A stretch of 64,000 nt of DNA from contig JAEUKA010000053.1 of NCBI GenBank assembly GCA_016794465.1, positions 83,999 to 147,998 on the forward strand, written 5' to 3'. The first letter of the stretch is position 1. The number at the start of each line of letters is the position of its first letter. Of the stretch, positions 23,050 to 34,015 are shown one piece after another. The stretch is from Myxococcales bacterium (GTDB lineage: Bacteria; Myxococcota_A; Polyangia; Palsa-1104; JAEUJZ01). A model generated the notes under the pieces. It was not told the DNA's origin. It saw nothing but the letters and a program-made list of their open reading frames with translations, and searched no databases. A program made the translations under genes and the position numbers.

Positions 23050-23433
23050 TTAACTGTGGCGGAGGAATCCTATCGTGGCGCTAACGCCGTTGGCGAGTAA
23101 CGAGCACAGCAGGGCGTAGCGCAGGCCGGCAAAGTGCATCCAGCAGGCTTCGACGACCACCGCGAAGGTCTCGGCGACTGCGACCATCGGCCAGTAGTCG
23201 TCGATGAAGCGAGGAAAGACGTACCACACCCACGGATGGGTCAGGCTGCTGGCGGCAAAGGCGACCAGCAGGCGCAGGGCCAGACCGAGCGGTGGGACGG
23301 CGGGATCGGGCCTTCGCCACAGCGGTCGTGCCGGCAAGAGCGTCAGCAGCAGCGTGTAGATCGGCACCTCGATGGCCTGCGTCAGCCAAAAGGCGCGCCA
23401 CCACAGCTGCTCGTACGTCAAGGGGGCGGTCAT
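23050..23433 (-). CDS. small hypothetical membrane protein
   Basis: 127 aa with 3-4 hydrophobic helices. Placement is compact between the AKR and kinase genes. Confidence 0.35.
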   Translation of the reverse strand: MTAPLTYEQLWWRAFWLTQAIEVPIYTLLLTLLPARPLWRRPDPAVPPLGLALRLLVAFAASSLTHPWVWYVFPRFIDDYWPMVAVAETFAVVVEACWMHFAGLRYALLCSLLANGVSATIGFLRHS

Positions 23434-23442
23434 CGCAGCAGC

Positions 23443-24681
<1,239 letters not shown>

Positions 24682-24781
24682 GGTGGATGCGCGAGCAAAT
24701 CTCCGAAGCTCATTTACTTTATCAAACCATCGTCGAAAGATGGCTCGCTTTTTCAATCTTCACGGGCAAGGAGCCGCAGTC

Positions 24782-25837
24782 ATGCAGACCAGCACAAGCG
24801 CAACATCGGCGTCGGGAAGCCGGAAATCTGTGCGGGACAAGCGAGCCAAGCTCCGACTGTTTGGCGGCCTGGGCGCGAGCCTAAGCCTTTGCTTGGCCCT
24901 TTCCGGCTGCGGCCCTGTTGGCAGCGAGCTGGGCGGCGAGGAACCGGACACGCTGCTCCAGCCGCTCGGCTGCAAGGGCGCGCCGTATCCGGTCATCTTG
25001 GCCCACGGCTTTGCCGGCTTTGAGCGCATCGGCCCGCTGAACTACTTCTTTCAGGTCGGTGCCGATCTGCGCAGCCGGGGCGAGACGGTGGTCGAAGCGA
25101 AGGTGCCGCCCTACGAGTCGTCGGATGTCAGGGCCAAGGCGCTCGGGGTGATCATCGACGATACGCTGAAGACCTACAACGCCTGCAAGGTCAACCTGAT
25201 CGGGCACTCGCAAGGCGGTATCGATGGTCGCGCGGTGATAAGCGGCCTGGGCTACGGGTCGAAGGTGGCGTCGCTGACGACTGTCAGCAGTCCGCACCGA
25301 GGCACCGAGGTCGCCGACGTGGTCAGCGGGCTGGTGCCGGGCTTTTCGTACGATGTGATCAACGCGATCTTGAAGGCGCTGACGGGAGTGACCGACTCGC
25401 CGGGAAGTCCCAACCTGAAGGCGGCGCTGGGGCAGCTGACGACACCGGGCATGCAGCGCTGGAATGCCGCTCATCCCGACGACGTGCGGGTCAAGTATTA
25501 CAGCGTGGCGGGGCGATCGGTGGGGCGGATTGCCAGCAGTGAGTGTGCGGGTGGGGCGTGGGGAAACTCGGTGCGGATCGATCTGCTTGATCCGTTGCTG
25601 GCGATTCCCGAGGGTGTGTTTGCGCTCTACAGTGACAACCCGCTGCTGCCGCGTCCCAATGACGGCCTGGTGACAGTGCAGTCGTCAAAGTGGGGCAAGT
25701 TCCTGGGCTGTGTGCCGGCGGATCATCTTGACGAGGTCGGTCAGATTGGGCACCTGTTTCCCGACCTTATCAGCGGCTTTTCGCACAAAGAGCTGTATCG
25801 AAAGATCGTCGCCGAGCTTCGCAAGGACGGCTTCTAG
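24782..25837 (+). CDS. secreted triacylglycerol lipase-like alpha/beta hydrolase (lipoprotein)
   Basis: 'aaggag' RBS 8 nt upstream of the ATG at 24782. Lipobox 'LALSGC'. Nucleophile elbow 'GHSQGG'. Confidence 0.65.
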   Translation: MQTSTSATSASGSRKSVRDKRAKLRLFGGLGASLSLCLALSGCGPVGSELGGEEPDTLLQPLGCKGAPYPVILAHGFAGFERIGPLNYFFQVGADLRSRGETVVEAKVPPYESSDVRAKALGVIIDDTLKTYNACKVNLIGHSQGGIDGRAVISGLGYGSKVASLTTVSSPHRGTEVADVVSGLVPGFSYDVINAILKALTGVTDSPGSPNLKAALGQLTTPGMQRWNAAHPDDVRVKYYSVAGRSVGRIASSECAGGAWGNSVRIDLLDPLLAIPEGVFALYSDNPLLPRPNDGLVTVQSSKWGKFLGCVPADHLDEVGQIGHLFPDLISGFSHKELYRKIVAELRKDGF

Positions 25838-25849
25838 CAAGGACACGCT

Positions 25850-27517
25850 GTGGCGACTCAGGTAGAGATTTTTGTGCCGCTCACGGAGCTGGCGAAAGAC
25901 GAGGACGGGGCGGTTCATCACGATCCCGAGCAGGCGCTGTGGGCGCTGGCGATGCTCGAGGCGTCGCGGCGGGCAGGCATTCCCAAGGTGGGTGGGGTGC
26001 GGCTGCTGCGCAAGTCGCTCGATGCGCGCAAGGGCTTTCCGATCGGCTATCGGCTGCAAGTCGAGGTCTTTCCCGAGGGTGCTGAGCTGCCGCCGTCCTG
26101 TTCGCGCATCGAGCTTCATCGGCCCGGTGGACAGGGGAGCTGGCCGCTTCTGCAAGGGGGGAGCCTGCGCCTGCCGAAGGTTGCGCCGCTGACGGTGAAG
26201 AAGCGGGTGGTGATCGTCGGTAGTGGCCCGGCGGGAACGCTGTGTGCGAAGCGCCTGTGCGAGGCCGGAGTCGAGGTGATCTTGCTGGAGCAAGGGCAGC
26301 CGGTGCAGCCGCGTCGTCATGATCTGGCGCAGCTGGTGCGGGGCGCGCTGGTCGAGGACTCGAACTACTGCTTTGGCGAGGGCGGGGCGGGGACGTTTAG
26401 CGACGGCAAGCTCTACACCCGCAGCAAGGATCGGGCGGCGATTGGCGAGACGCTCTTGACCCTGGTCGAGCATGGCGCCGATCCGCGCATCAGTGTCGAG
26501 TCGCGACCGCACATTGGCAGCAACCGCTTGCCGAAGATCCTGCTCGGGCTGCGGGCCGATCTGACGGCGCGCGGGGTGGTCTATCACTTCGGGGAAAAGG
26601 TGGTCGATTTGCTGCGCTCGCCGTCGGGAAAGCTGCTCGGGGTGCGCTGTCAGTCGGGGATGGAGGTGCTGGCTGACGCGGTGGTGCTGGCGGTCGGACA
26701 CAGCGCGCGATCGATCTATGAGCTGATGGTGGCCCAGCACATTGTCGTCGAGCGCAAGGCGTTTGCGATCGGCGCGCGGATCGAGCATCCCCAGCCGCTC
26801 ATCGATCGCATCCAGTACGGTCCGGCGGCGGAGCATCCGGCCCTGCCAGCGGCGTTTTATCAAGTGGCAGCTTCCGTCGGTGATCGTGGCGTCTATAGCT
26901 TCTGCATGTGTCCCGGCGGCTGGGTGGTCCCAAGCGCCACCGAGCCCGGCGGTCTGTGCGTAAACGGCATGAGCCTGAAGCGTCGGGACTCGCCGCTGGC
27001 CAACAGTGCGCTGGTGGTTTCCGTCGAAGATCGCGATGTCGTACCGTTCGAGCGCTTTGCCGGAGATCCGCTGGCCGGGATGTTTTTTCAGCGCGCCATC
27101 GAGCAGGCGGCGTTTGTGGCCGGCGGTGGTCGCTTTGTGGCCCCGGCGCAGAAGCTGACCGACTTTTTGGCGGGCCGTCCCAGTACCGAGCTGCTGCCGA
27201 CGACCTATCGACCGGGCATTGCCTCTGGCAACCTCGCGGCGCTGCTGCCGCCGTTTGTCAGTGAGTCGCTGCGCCAAGCGGTCGGGCGGTTTCAGCGGAC
27301 CATGCCGGGCTTTGTGTCGCCGCAGGCGCAGCTGGTTGGGGTCGAGACGCGCACCTCGTCACCGCTGCGGATTGTCCGAGGCGAAGACCTGCAGTCGCCA
27401 TCGCTTCCTGGGCTGTTTCCCGTTGGTGAGGGTGCAGGTTATGCCGGTGGAATCGTCAGTGCTGCGATTGATGGGCTGCGCAGCGCGGATGCCGTCCTGT
27501 CGTATTTGCGAGGTTAA
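25850..27517 (+). CDS. FAD-dependent oxidoreductase (COG2509-like)
   Basis: 'VVIVGSGPAGTLCAKRLCEAGVEVILLE' dinucleotide-binding motif. 555 aa. Confidence 0.65.
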   Translation: MATQVEIFVPLTELAKDEDGAVHHDPEQALWALAMLEASRRAGIPKVGGVRLLRKSLDARKGFPIGYRLQVEVFPEGAELPPSCSRIELHRPGGQGSWPLLQGGSLRLPKVAPLTVKKRVVIVGSGPAGTLCAKRLCEAGVEVILLEQGQPVQPRRHDLAQLVRGALVEDSNYCFGEGGAGTFSDGKLYTRSKDRAAIGETLLTLVEHGADPRISVESRPHIGSNRLPKILLGLRADLTARGVVYHFGEKVVDLLRSPSGKLLGVRCQSGMEVLADAVVLAVGHSARSIYELMVAQHIVVERKAFAIGARIEHPQPLIDRIQYGPAAEHPALPAAFYQVAASVGDRGVYSFCMCPGGWVVPSATEPGGLCVNGMSLKRRDSPLANSALVVSVEDRDVVPFERFAGDPLAGMFFQRAIEQAAFVAGGGRFVAPAQKLTDFLAGRPSTELLPTTYRPGIASGNLAALLPPFVSESLRQAVGRFQRTMPGFVSPQAQLVGVETRTSSPLRIVRGEDLQSPSLPGLFPVGEGAGYAGGIVSAAIDGLRSADAVLSYLRG

Positions 27518-27671
27518 AAACCCAAGATTCCCTCGCTTCGCGGTAGTCTTTTGTGCCGCTGCTCTCGGGGCTGGGTCATGTGCTGACACCGACGGGAATG
27601 CCTCGCCGCAAGCCTTGACACGGACGAAAAGTCAAGGTAAATCCAGCCCTTCACCAATAGGAGTTTGCCTG

Positions 27672-28253
27672 ATGCCTTCTGGCCGGAACGCCATCTTCAA
27701 CATGGCGGGAATCGTTGCTCGCGCTGCTTGCTTTGCCTTCGGGGCGCTGCTCTGCTCGTCCGTGAGCGCCTACGCCTCCGAAGTTGTCACCCTCGCGGAC
27801 AACACCCAGATCGCAGGCAAGCTGACCCACTACTTCGACGGGATCGTCGTCATGGAAACGAGCGGTGGCCAGAAGCTGGAGCTGCCGCGCGACAAGATCA
27901 AGTCGATCACCTTCAAGCTGCCGCCGCCACGGGCAGAGTTCTCGACGCCGGAAAAGACGTTCGAGCGCTGGCGGGGGGCGATGCTCAAAGGCGAGGTTCA
28001 AAAGGCGATCGACTGCTACGCGCTGCTCTATCAAGGGCAGGTGGGGCAGCAGATGATGCAGTCTGCCGACGACCTCAAGCGCGCGCAGAAAGACCTCGAG
28101 GGGGTGCAGTTTGAGCTTCGCGGCAGCACCTTTAAGGCCCAGGGCGAGTTCAAGCTGGCGACGCTGAAGGTCAAGCGCAGCAAGGGCGAAAACGTCCAGA
28201 CCGACGAAGTGAACCTTGTACTGGAGAACGGCGAGTGGAAGATGACGCCGTAA
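27672..28253 (+). CDS. hypothetical secreted protein
   Basis: ATG at 27672 with an 'aggag' RBS. Signal peptide 'AGIVARAACFAFGALLCSSVSAYASE'. Its 3' end overlaps the giant repeat gene by 19 nt. Confidence 0.5.
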   Translation: MPSGRNAIFNMAGIVARAACFAFGALLCSSVSAYASEVVTLADNTQIAGKLTHYFDGIVVMETSGGQKLELPRDKIKSITFKLPPPRAEFSTPEKTFERWRGAMLKGEVQKAIDCYALLYQGQVGQQMMQSADDLKRAQKDLEGVQFELRGSTFKAQGEFKLATLKVKRSKGENVQTDEVNLVLENGEWKMTP

Positions 28254-31200
28254 CATCTTCCCGTCGCTGGCTTTGGCGTGTTGTGCTTGCGTGGGCCCTC
28301 TTGTGTGGGGTCACGACGGGCTCGCTTCACGCTGCGCCGCGTCCATCGGGAATTGTGCTCCTGCCGCGCAGTGCGGACACGTCTGCGCCGAAGACTGCGC
28401 TGTCGCCGCTGCCGCTGTTTGCCCAGGCGCAGCAGGTGACCACCAAAGTCCCCGAGCCGGACGAAGGCCAGCGCTTTGCCACGCCAGCTCCGGGTCAGGT
28501 TGTCGAAGAGGAAGAGGAAGAGTCCGAAGAAGAAAAGCAGAAGAAGCGCGAAGCGGCCAAGAAGCCCAAGCCCGAGTGTGACAGCGACGGTCAGTGCCCG
28601 GACAAGACAATCTGCGTCAAGCAGTCCTGTCAGAGCATCCAGCGGCCGCTGTCGGCGATCTTCTACTTTCACCGCAAGGGGCCGATTGGCTACCGAATGG
28701 TGTTGCCGCTCTATTACAGCTTTTGGCGGCCCGAGCGGACGACGCGACTGCTTCTACCGCTGTTCGCCGATCGCAAAGACGACAAAGAAAAGACCCGCGA
28801 CGTGTGGGTGTTCCCGACCTATCAATATCGACGGGAACCGGGGATGGTGGCCCACCGGATCTGGCCGCTGTTTTTCTATCAGAACTACGGCTCGCGGGGG
28901 AGCTCGGGGGGTCTGCTGCCGCTGCTGTGGGTGACGCGGACGACTGAGGCCCAGACGGTGGTGCTGCCGCCGCTGCTGTTTTGGCATCACCGCAACTTCG
29001 AGGAAAAGCGGACCGATACGGGCTTCTTGCCGCTGCTGCTGTTTGTGCGCAAGCAGCCGGAGCTGACGCAGGCGTTTTTCCTTGCGCTCGGGTTTTATCG
29101 CAAGACGCCGGAGCGGACGCTCGGTGGGTTCTTGCCGCTGGTGTTTCACTCGCGGACCAGTGAGAAGCGTCAGACGATGGTGCTGCCGCTGTTCTACGAC
29201 GCCGAGAACTACCAGAGCGGTACGCGAACCTCGACGCTGTTTCCGCTGTATCTCTATCACCGAGGGGCGGACAAGAGCCGGCTCATCATCACGCCGCTCG
29301 GTGGCTCGTACAAGAACCCGGAGGAAGAGTCGACGACGACGGTGCTGCTGACGCCGCCGACGTTCCATCGGGATGATCCGCAGCGGCGCTTTACGACGGT
29401 GCTGCCGCCGCTGGCGATGTGGTATCGCAACAAGACGACGGGCGCGGCCTGGGGTTATACCGGGCCGTTCTTTTTCACGCGCGACGAGGAAGGGGGCAGC
29501 GAGGGGCTGCTGCCGCTGTACCTACACTTCTCCAGTCGACGGGCGCAGAGTGACACGCATGTGCTGTTGCCGCTGCTGGCGGCGCTGCACACCTCGCCGA
29601 AGCGCAAGTTTGGCTTCCTGGGTCCGATCTATGGCTGGTCGTCGGAGACGGGCTCGGGCGGAGGACTGCTGCCGCTGATCTCGGTGGCGCGCGGGACCCG
29701 GCCACATGTCGCGCTGTTGCCACCGCTGTTCATTTATTCGGCGGACAAAGAGGCGGGCAGCTATCACGTCTCGGTCGGTCCGGTGTTCGCGCGGGTGAAG
29801 ACGCGGGGAGAGGATGCAGGCTATACCGCCGGAGTGTTCCCGCTGCTGTGGCTGCACCGTCAGGGACAAGGGCAGAGCCAGACCAGTACGCAGGCGCTGT
29901 TCCCGCTGCTGTATCACCACAAGCGGCGGTTTCAAGAGACGCTGCAGCTTGGGCCGTTTTACTACTTCCGCAAGTGTCCCGAGTTCATCGGTGACAAGCG
30001 CGCCGAGGTGCGATCGGGCCTTGTGCCGCTGCTGTTCTGGAAGCGCTCGCCCGAGCACAGCTACACCGTGCTGTTCCCGCTGATTTGGCAGACCCGGACC
30101 CCGCAGAAGTCGGCGCTGGTAGTTGGTCCATTCTTCCACACCACCGAGAAGCGTCCCGACGGCGAGGTCAAGACGACCGGCCTGGTTCCGCTGTTTTATG
30201 TCTCGCAGTCGCCCAAATCGACGTTTGCGATCGCGCCCCTGTTTGCCTACACCCGCACACCTGAGCGCAAGACCTTGTGGCTGGGTCCGTACATCGAGAA
30301 TGTCAGCGGGCTTGGCACCAAGAATCAGGTCATCACCCGCGCGGTGCTGCCGCTGTTCTTTTTTCACTGCAGCCCCGGTCGGCGCGCCACTGTGCTGTTT
30401 CCGCTGTTCATGAATGTGCGCGACGAGGACACCACGTTCCGCTCGGTCGCGATGCTCTACTTCGGCGTGCAGAACAAAGAGCGCTCGGCGCATGTGCTGC
30501 TGCCGCTGTTCTTCCATGTCGCGAGCAAAGAGCGAACCTCGACGGTGCTTTTGCCGTTCTTCTACTCGAAGAACCGCAAGACCGACTCGGTGCAGGCGGG
30601 ACTGTTGCCGCTGTTTGCGTTTGGTCGCAGCAAGGAAACCACCTGGGCGACCACGCCGCTTGGCTTCTTCTACAAAGACGAGAAGGCGACGCGGGCGGCA
30701 GCGCTGCTGTTCTATGCCGACCTGCGACGGGACCGCGAGGACTTTGGTGTGTTTCCGCTGTGGTTCTATACCCGGCGAGACACGGCGCATGCGCTGTTTG
30801 TGCTGCCGTTCTTCTATCACTCGCACGACTCAGCGCGCAGTCGGTCGACGACGGTGCTGGGGCCGCTGTACTTTGGGCGACGGGGGCCGGCGACGTTCGG
30901 AGGCTTCCTGCCGCTGTTCTACGGGCGCAACGACGGGGACGGCTCGTATCGGTTTATGGCGCTGCCGCTGCTCTATTTTTCGCACCGAGCGGGCAAGGCG
31001 CCGGAGGACTGGGTGATTACGCCGCTGTTTGGCGTCAACAAGAGTCCGGTCGGTGTGCGCTTCTGGCTGGGGCCGCTGTATGTGCGTCGGCAAGATCCAG
31101 TGACCTCGGCGGCGCTGTTCCCGCTGTTCTATTACACCCGCGACGACAAGGCGAAGACCTCGACCAGCTTCGTGCTGCCGCTGTTTTTGCACACTCGCTC

Positions 31201-32023
31201 GCCCGAGCGCAGCGTGACGATGGTGACGCCGCTGTTCTGGCACGAGCGGACGCTGACGCGGCGGATCTCGACGCTGTTGCCGCTTATGCTCGATGTCCAT
31301 CACCTGCACAGTGACCGGCTGACGGCGGTGGGACCGCTGGTGCCGTTGGTGGTGCGCTTTGCCGACTATGCGAACAAGACCACGAGCTGGGTGTTTCCGC
31401 CGCTTTTGACCTACGTCAAAAAGCGCGCCGATGGCTATCACAACGCGGTGGTGTTTCCGCTGCTGTGGCACTTCGGGGGCAAGGATCGCTCGACGACGGT
31501 GCTGTTCCCGCTGTTCTTCCACGTGCGCCGTCCGGCGACGCAGTTTACGGCCCTGCTTCCGTTCTTTGCCTACCGTCGCGACGAGCAAGGCACAAAGTCG
31601 CTGCTCTTGCCGCCGCTCCTCACCTGGGTGCGCAACTTCGAGGACGGCAGCCGCGACCGCGTGGTCTTCCCGTTTGTGTGGCACTTCAAGCGACCCCAGC
31701 AGACGACGACGGTGTTCTTCCCGATCGGCGCACACTGGAGCAACGACAAGGGCCACTACACGCTGGTGCTCAACAGCTACTACTACAAGGGCATTGGCGC
31801 GCGAGCCGGGGCCTATCGCTTCGAGTTCTGGCCGCTGTTCCACGTCGGTCGGCCACGTGCGGGCGATCTTGAGTGGAGCGTGCTGTCGGGACTCCTCGGC
31901 TACTCCCGAGACGGCATTCGTCGCACCCTGCGGCTCTTGTGGGGCGTCTTCATTCCGCTTGAGCCCGTCGGCGCGCAGACCAGCTGGTACGGCGCAAGCT
32001 GGCGTATGGCCTCGGATCGCTAA
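28235..32023 (+). CDS. giant secreted repeat protein (~45 degenerate ~21-aa 'LLPLF' repeats)
   Basis: Signal peptide. An E/K-rich acidic-basic segment and a Cys-rich knot ('CDSDGQCPDKTICVKQSCQSI'). After that, over 1000 aa of periodic 'TxVLLPLF(F/W/Y)Hx(R/K)...' units. Confidence 0.55.
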   Translation: MEDDAVTSSRRWLWRVVLAWALLCGVTTGSLHAAPRPSGIVLLPRSADTSAPKTALSPLPLFAQAQQVTTKVPEPDEGQRFATPAPGQVVEEEEEESEEEKQKKREAAKKPKPECDSDGQCPDKTICVKQSCQSIQRPLSAIFYFHRKGPIGYRMVLPLYYSFWRPERTTRLLLPLFADRKDDKEKTRDVWVFPTYQYRREPGMVAHRIWPLFFYQNYGSRGSSGGLLPLLWVTRTTEAQTVVLPPLLFWHHRNFEEKRTDTGFLPLLLFVRKQPELTQAFFLALGFYRKTPERTLGGFLPLVFHSRTSEKRQTMVLPLFYDAENYQSGTRTSTLFPLYLYHRGADKSRLIITPLGGSYKNPEEESTTTVLLTPPTFHRDDPQRRFTTVLPPLAMWYRNKTTGAAWGYTGPFFFTRDEEGGSEGLLPLYLHFSSRRAQSDTHVLLPLLAALHTSPKRKFGFLGPIYGWSSETGSGGGLLPLISVARGTRPHVALLPPLFIYSADKEAGSYHVSVGPVFARVKTRGEDAGYTAGVFPLLWLHRQGQGQSQTSTQALFPLLYHHKRRFQETLQLGPFYYFRKCPEFIGDKRAEVRSGLVPLLFWKRSPEHSYTVLFPLIWQTRTPQKSALVVGPFFHTTEKRPDGEVKTTGLVPLFYVSQSPKSTFAIAPLFAYTRTPERKTLWLGPYIENVSGLGTKNQVITRAVLPLFFFHCSPGRRATVLFPLFMNVRDEDTTFRSVAMLYFGVQNKERSAHVLLPLFFHVASKERTSTVLLPFFYSKNRKTDSVQAGLLPLFAFGRSKETTWATTPLGFFYKDEKATRAAALLFYADLRRDREDFGVFPLWFYTRRDTAHALFVLPFFYHSHDSARSRSTTVLGPLYFGRRGPATFGGFLPLFYGRNDGDGSYRFMALPLLYFSHRAGKAPEDWVITPLFGVNKSPVGVRFWLGPLYVRRQDPVTSAALFPLFYYTRDDKAKTSTSFVLPLFLHTRSPERSVTMVTPLFWHERTLTRRISTLLPLMLDVHHLHSDRLTAVGPLVPLVVRFADYANKTTSWVFPPLLTYVKKRADGYHNAVVFPLLWHFGGKDRSTTVLFPLFFHVRRPATQFTALLPFFAYRRDEQGTKSLLLPPLLTWVRNFEDGSRDRVVFPFVWHFKRPQQTTTVFFPIGAHWSNDKGHYTLVLNSYYYKGIGARAGAYRFEFWPLFHVGRPRAGDLEWSVLSGLLGYSRDGIRRTLRLLWGVFIPLEPVGAQTSWYGASWRMASDR

Positions 32024-32049
32024 CCGCGAGTCAGGATCGCAGCGCGGCG

Positions 32050-32805
32050 ATGGCAACCCGGGCTCGACTGTTCATCTCTCCTCACAAGCTGGGTTCGCAC
32101 GTCATTCTCGACGGTGCGGATCATCACTATCTGGTCCATGTGCTGCGGCTGAAGCCAGGCGCCAAGGTCACGCTGCTCGACGGGCAAGGTCACGCTGCCG
32201 AGGCAGAGCTGACCGAGATCACTGCGGATCGGGTCGAGCTGGCGGCGGCGACCCTCGAGCCGGTGACGCAGGAGTGGCCACGGCTGGTGCTGTTGTGTGG
32301 GCTGCTCAAGGGCGACAAGCAGGACTTTGTGATGCAGAAAGCGACCGAGCTGGGGGTGGCGCGGATTGTGCCGGTGGCGTGCGAGCGAAGTGTGCCGCAG
32401 CTGCAAGGGGAGCGGGCCGAGCACAAGCGCCGTCGCTGGATTGACATCGTTCGCCATGCCGCGCAGCAGTGCCGTCGTGCCGATGTGCCCGAGGTTGCCC
32501 TGCCGCAGTCGCTGTCCGAGGCGCTCGCCGATGCGGAAGGCCAGAAGCTGCTCTTGTACGAAGGCAGCGCGCCGCCGCTGGGTCAGCAGCTGTCGTCGGT
32601 CGAGAGCGGTGATCCGGTGACGATGCTGATTGGACCCGAGGGCGGTCTTCATCCCGACGAGGTTGCAGCGGCAGAGGCGGCTGGCTTTGCGAAGGTGAGC
32701 CTGGGACCGCTCGTCCTCCGGGCCGAGACTGCCGTCGTCGCTGCGCTGGCTGTGATAGGGTACCACCTGCATTCCCAAGGAGCGCCCGTTGCTTCGTCCC
32801 GCTGA
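32050..32805 (+). CDS. rsmE: 16S rRNA (uracil1498-N3)-methyltransferase
   Basis: PUA-like N-terminus. '...MLIGPEGGLHPDEV...' RsmE/SPOUT C-terminal motifs. 251 aa. Confidence 0.75.
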   Translation: MATRARLFISPHKLGSHVILDGADHHYLVHVLRLKPGAKVTLLDGQGHAAEAELTEITADRVELAAATLEPVTQEWPRLVLLCGLLKGDKQDFVMQKATELGVARIVPVACERSVPQLQGERAEHKRRRWIDIVRHAAQQCRRADVPEVALPQSLSEALADAEGQKLLLYEGSAPPLGQQLSSVESGDPVTMLIGPEGGLHPDEVAAAEAAGFAKVSLGPLVLRAETAVVAALAVIGYHLHSQGAPVASSR

Positions 32806-33865
32806 GCTGTTCATTGTTGGCTATCAGGGCTACCGGCTCCCCGTCGAGCTGGCGACGCGCTTTGCCCGAGGTGACTTTGCCGGGCTGATCTTCTTTCGTC
32901 GCAACTTCGCAAGTCCCGACGATGCCCAAGCGATCGCTGCCGAGCTGCAAGCAGTGATGGCGGACTACCGAGCTGCGCTGCCGTCGCCGATCCTCGCGAT
33001 CGATCACGAAGGGGGTCGGGTGCAGCGACTGCGTGGGCAGGTGACGGTGTGGCCGCCGATGATGAGCCTTGGCGACAAGTCGCTGGCGCTGGCGGAGTCC
33101 GTCGGGCGGGCGATGGCGTGGGAGCTGCGGGCGCTCGGGCTCAATGTCAGCTTTGCGCCGGTGCTCGATGTGCATACCAATCCCGCCAACCCGATCATCG
33201 GCGATCGCGCGTTTGGGACGGCTCCCGACGCGGCGGTCGAGCGAGCGCTCGCCTATCTGCGTGGACTGGAGAGCGAGCCGGGCTTGCGAGGCTGCGGCAA
33301 GCACTTCCCCGGGCACGGCGACACCGCGACGGACTCGCACCTGACGCTGCCGGTGGTTAGGCGAGACTGGCCGACGCTGGAAGCGGTCGAGCTCTTGCCG
33401 TTCCGGCGCGCGATTTCGGCCAGCATCGGCATGCTGATGACCGCGCACGTGGTCTATCCCGCCGTCGACGAGCGACCGGCGACACTGTCACGAAAGTGGC
33501 TACATGACGTTCTGCGTACGCAGCTTGGTTACACCGGGCTGGTGGTGTCTGATGACCTCGATATGAAGGCGGTGACGGCGGAAAAGCTCGGGATCGCCGA
33601 CGACAGCGGTGTGGTGGTCGAGAGCCTGCTCGCCGGCTGCGACGCGTTTCTGTTCTGTCAGGAGCCGGAGCGACTGGCGCGTGCCGAGGAAGCGCTCATC
33701 CGGGCCGCCGAGCGCAGCTCCACCGTGCGTGACCGCATCGCCGAGAGTGCCGCCCGCCTGGCCACGTTTCGTCGCACCTTGGGGGACGGTCGACCGATGT
33801 GGAACCGACTCGCGCAGTTTCCGGTGGCGGAGCACTTACACCTCCGTGAGCAGCTGTTGCGCTGA
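32789..33865 (+). CDS. nagZ: beta-N-acetylhexosaminidase (GH3)
   Basis: 'ILAIDHEGGRVQRL', 'GDRAFG', 'KHFPGHGDTATDSH' GH3 NagZ signatures. 17-nt overlap with rsmE. Confidence 0.75.
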   Translation: MLRPAELFIVGYQGYRLPVELATRFARGDFAGLIFFRRNFASPDDAQAIAAELQAVMADYRAALPSPILAIDHEGGRVQRLRGQVTVWPPMMSLGDKSLALAESVGRAMAWELRALGLNVSFAPVLDVHTNPANPIIGDRAFGTAPDAAVERALAYLRGLESEPGLRGCGKHFPGHGDTATDSHLTLPVVRRDWPTLEAVELLPFRRAISASIGMLMTAHVVYPAVDERPATLSRKWLHDVLRTQLGYTGLVVSDDLDMKAVTAEKLGIADDSGVVVESLLAGCDAFLFCQEPERLARAEEALIRAAERSSTVRDRIAESAARLATFRRTLGDGRPMWNRLAQFPVAEHLHLREQLLR

Positions 33866-34015
33866 CGCTTCGCGAGGGGACGCAGGCCAATGCACGGGGG
33901 CAGCTGCCGAAACCATCAACGACTGAGCCGACCTAGCCGATGCCTTGACAGGAGGGCCGTCGCCGTGGCTGGAATCGTAACAAGCTTGGACAAGCGGATT
34001 GTGAAGTAGGCGGGC

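Noticed and set aside
25685-27277. 530-aa minus-strand ORF antisense to the FAD oxidoreductase
   Set aside because: GC artefact. The sense strand has a clear dinucleotide-binding motif.
29522-32056. Two long minus-strand ORFs (434 and 408 aa) antisense to the giant repeat gene
   Set aside because: R/Q/H-rich low-complexity translations. The sense-strand protein has a signal peptide and a coherent repeat periodicity.
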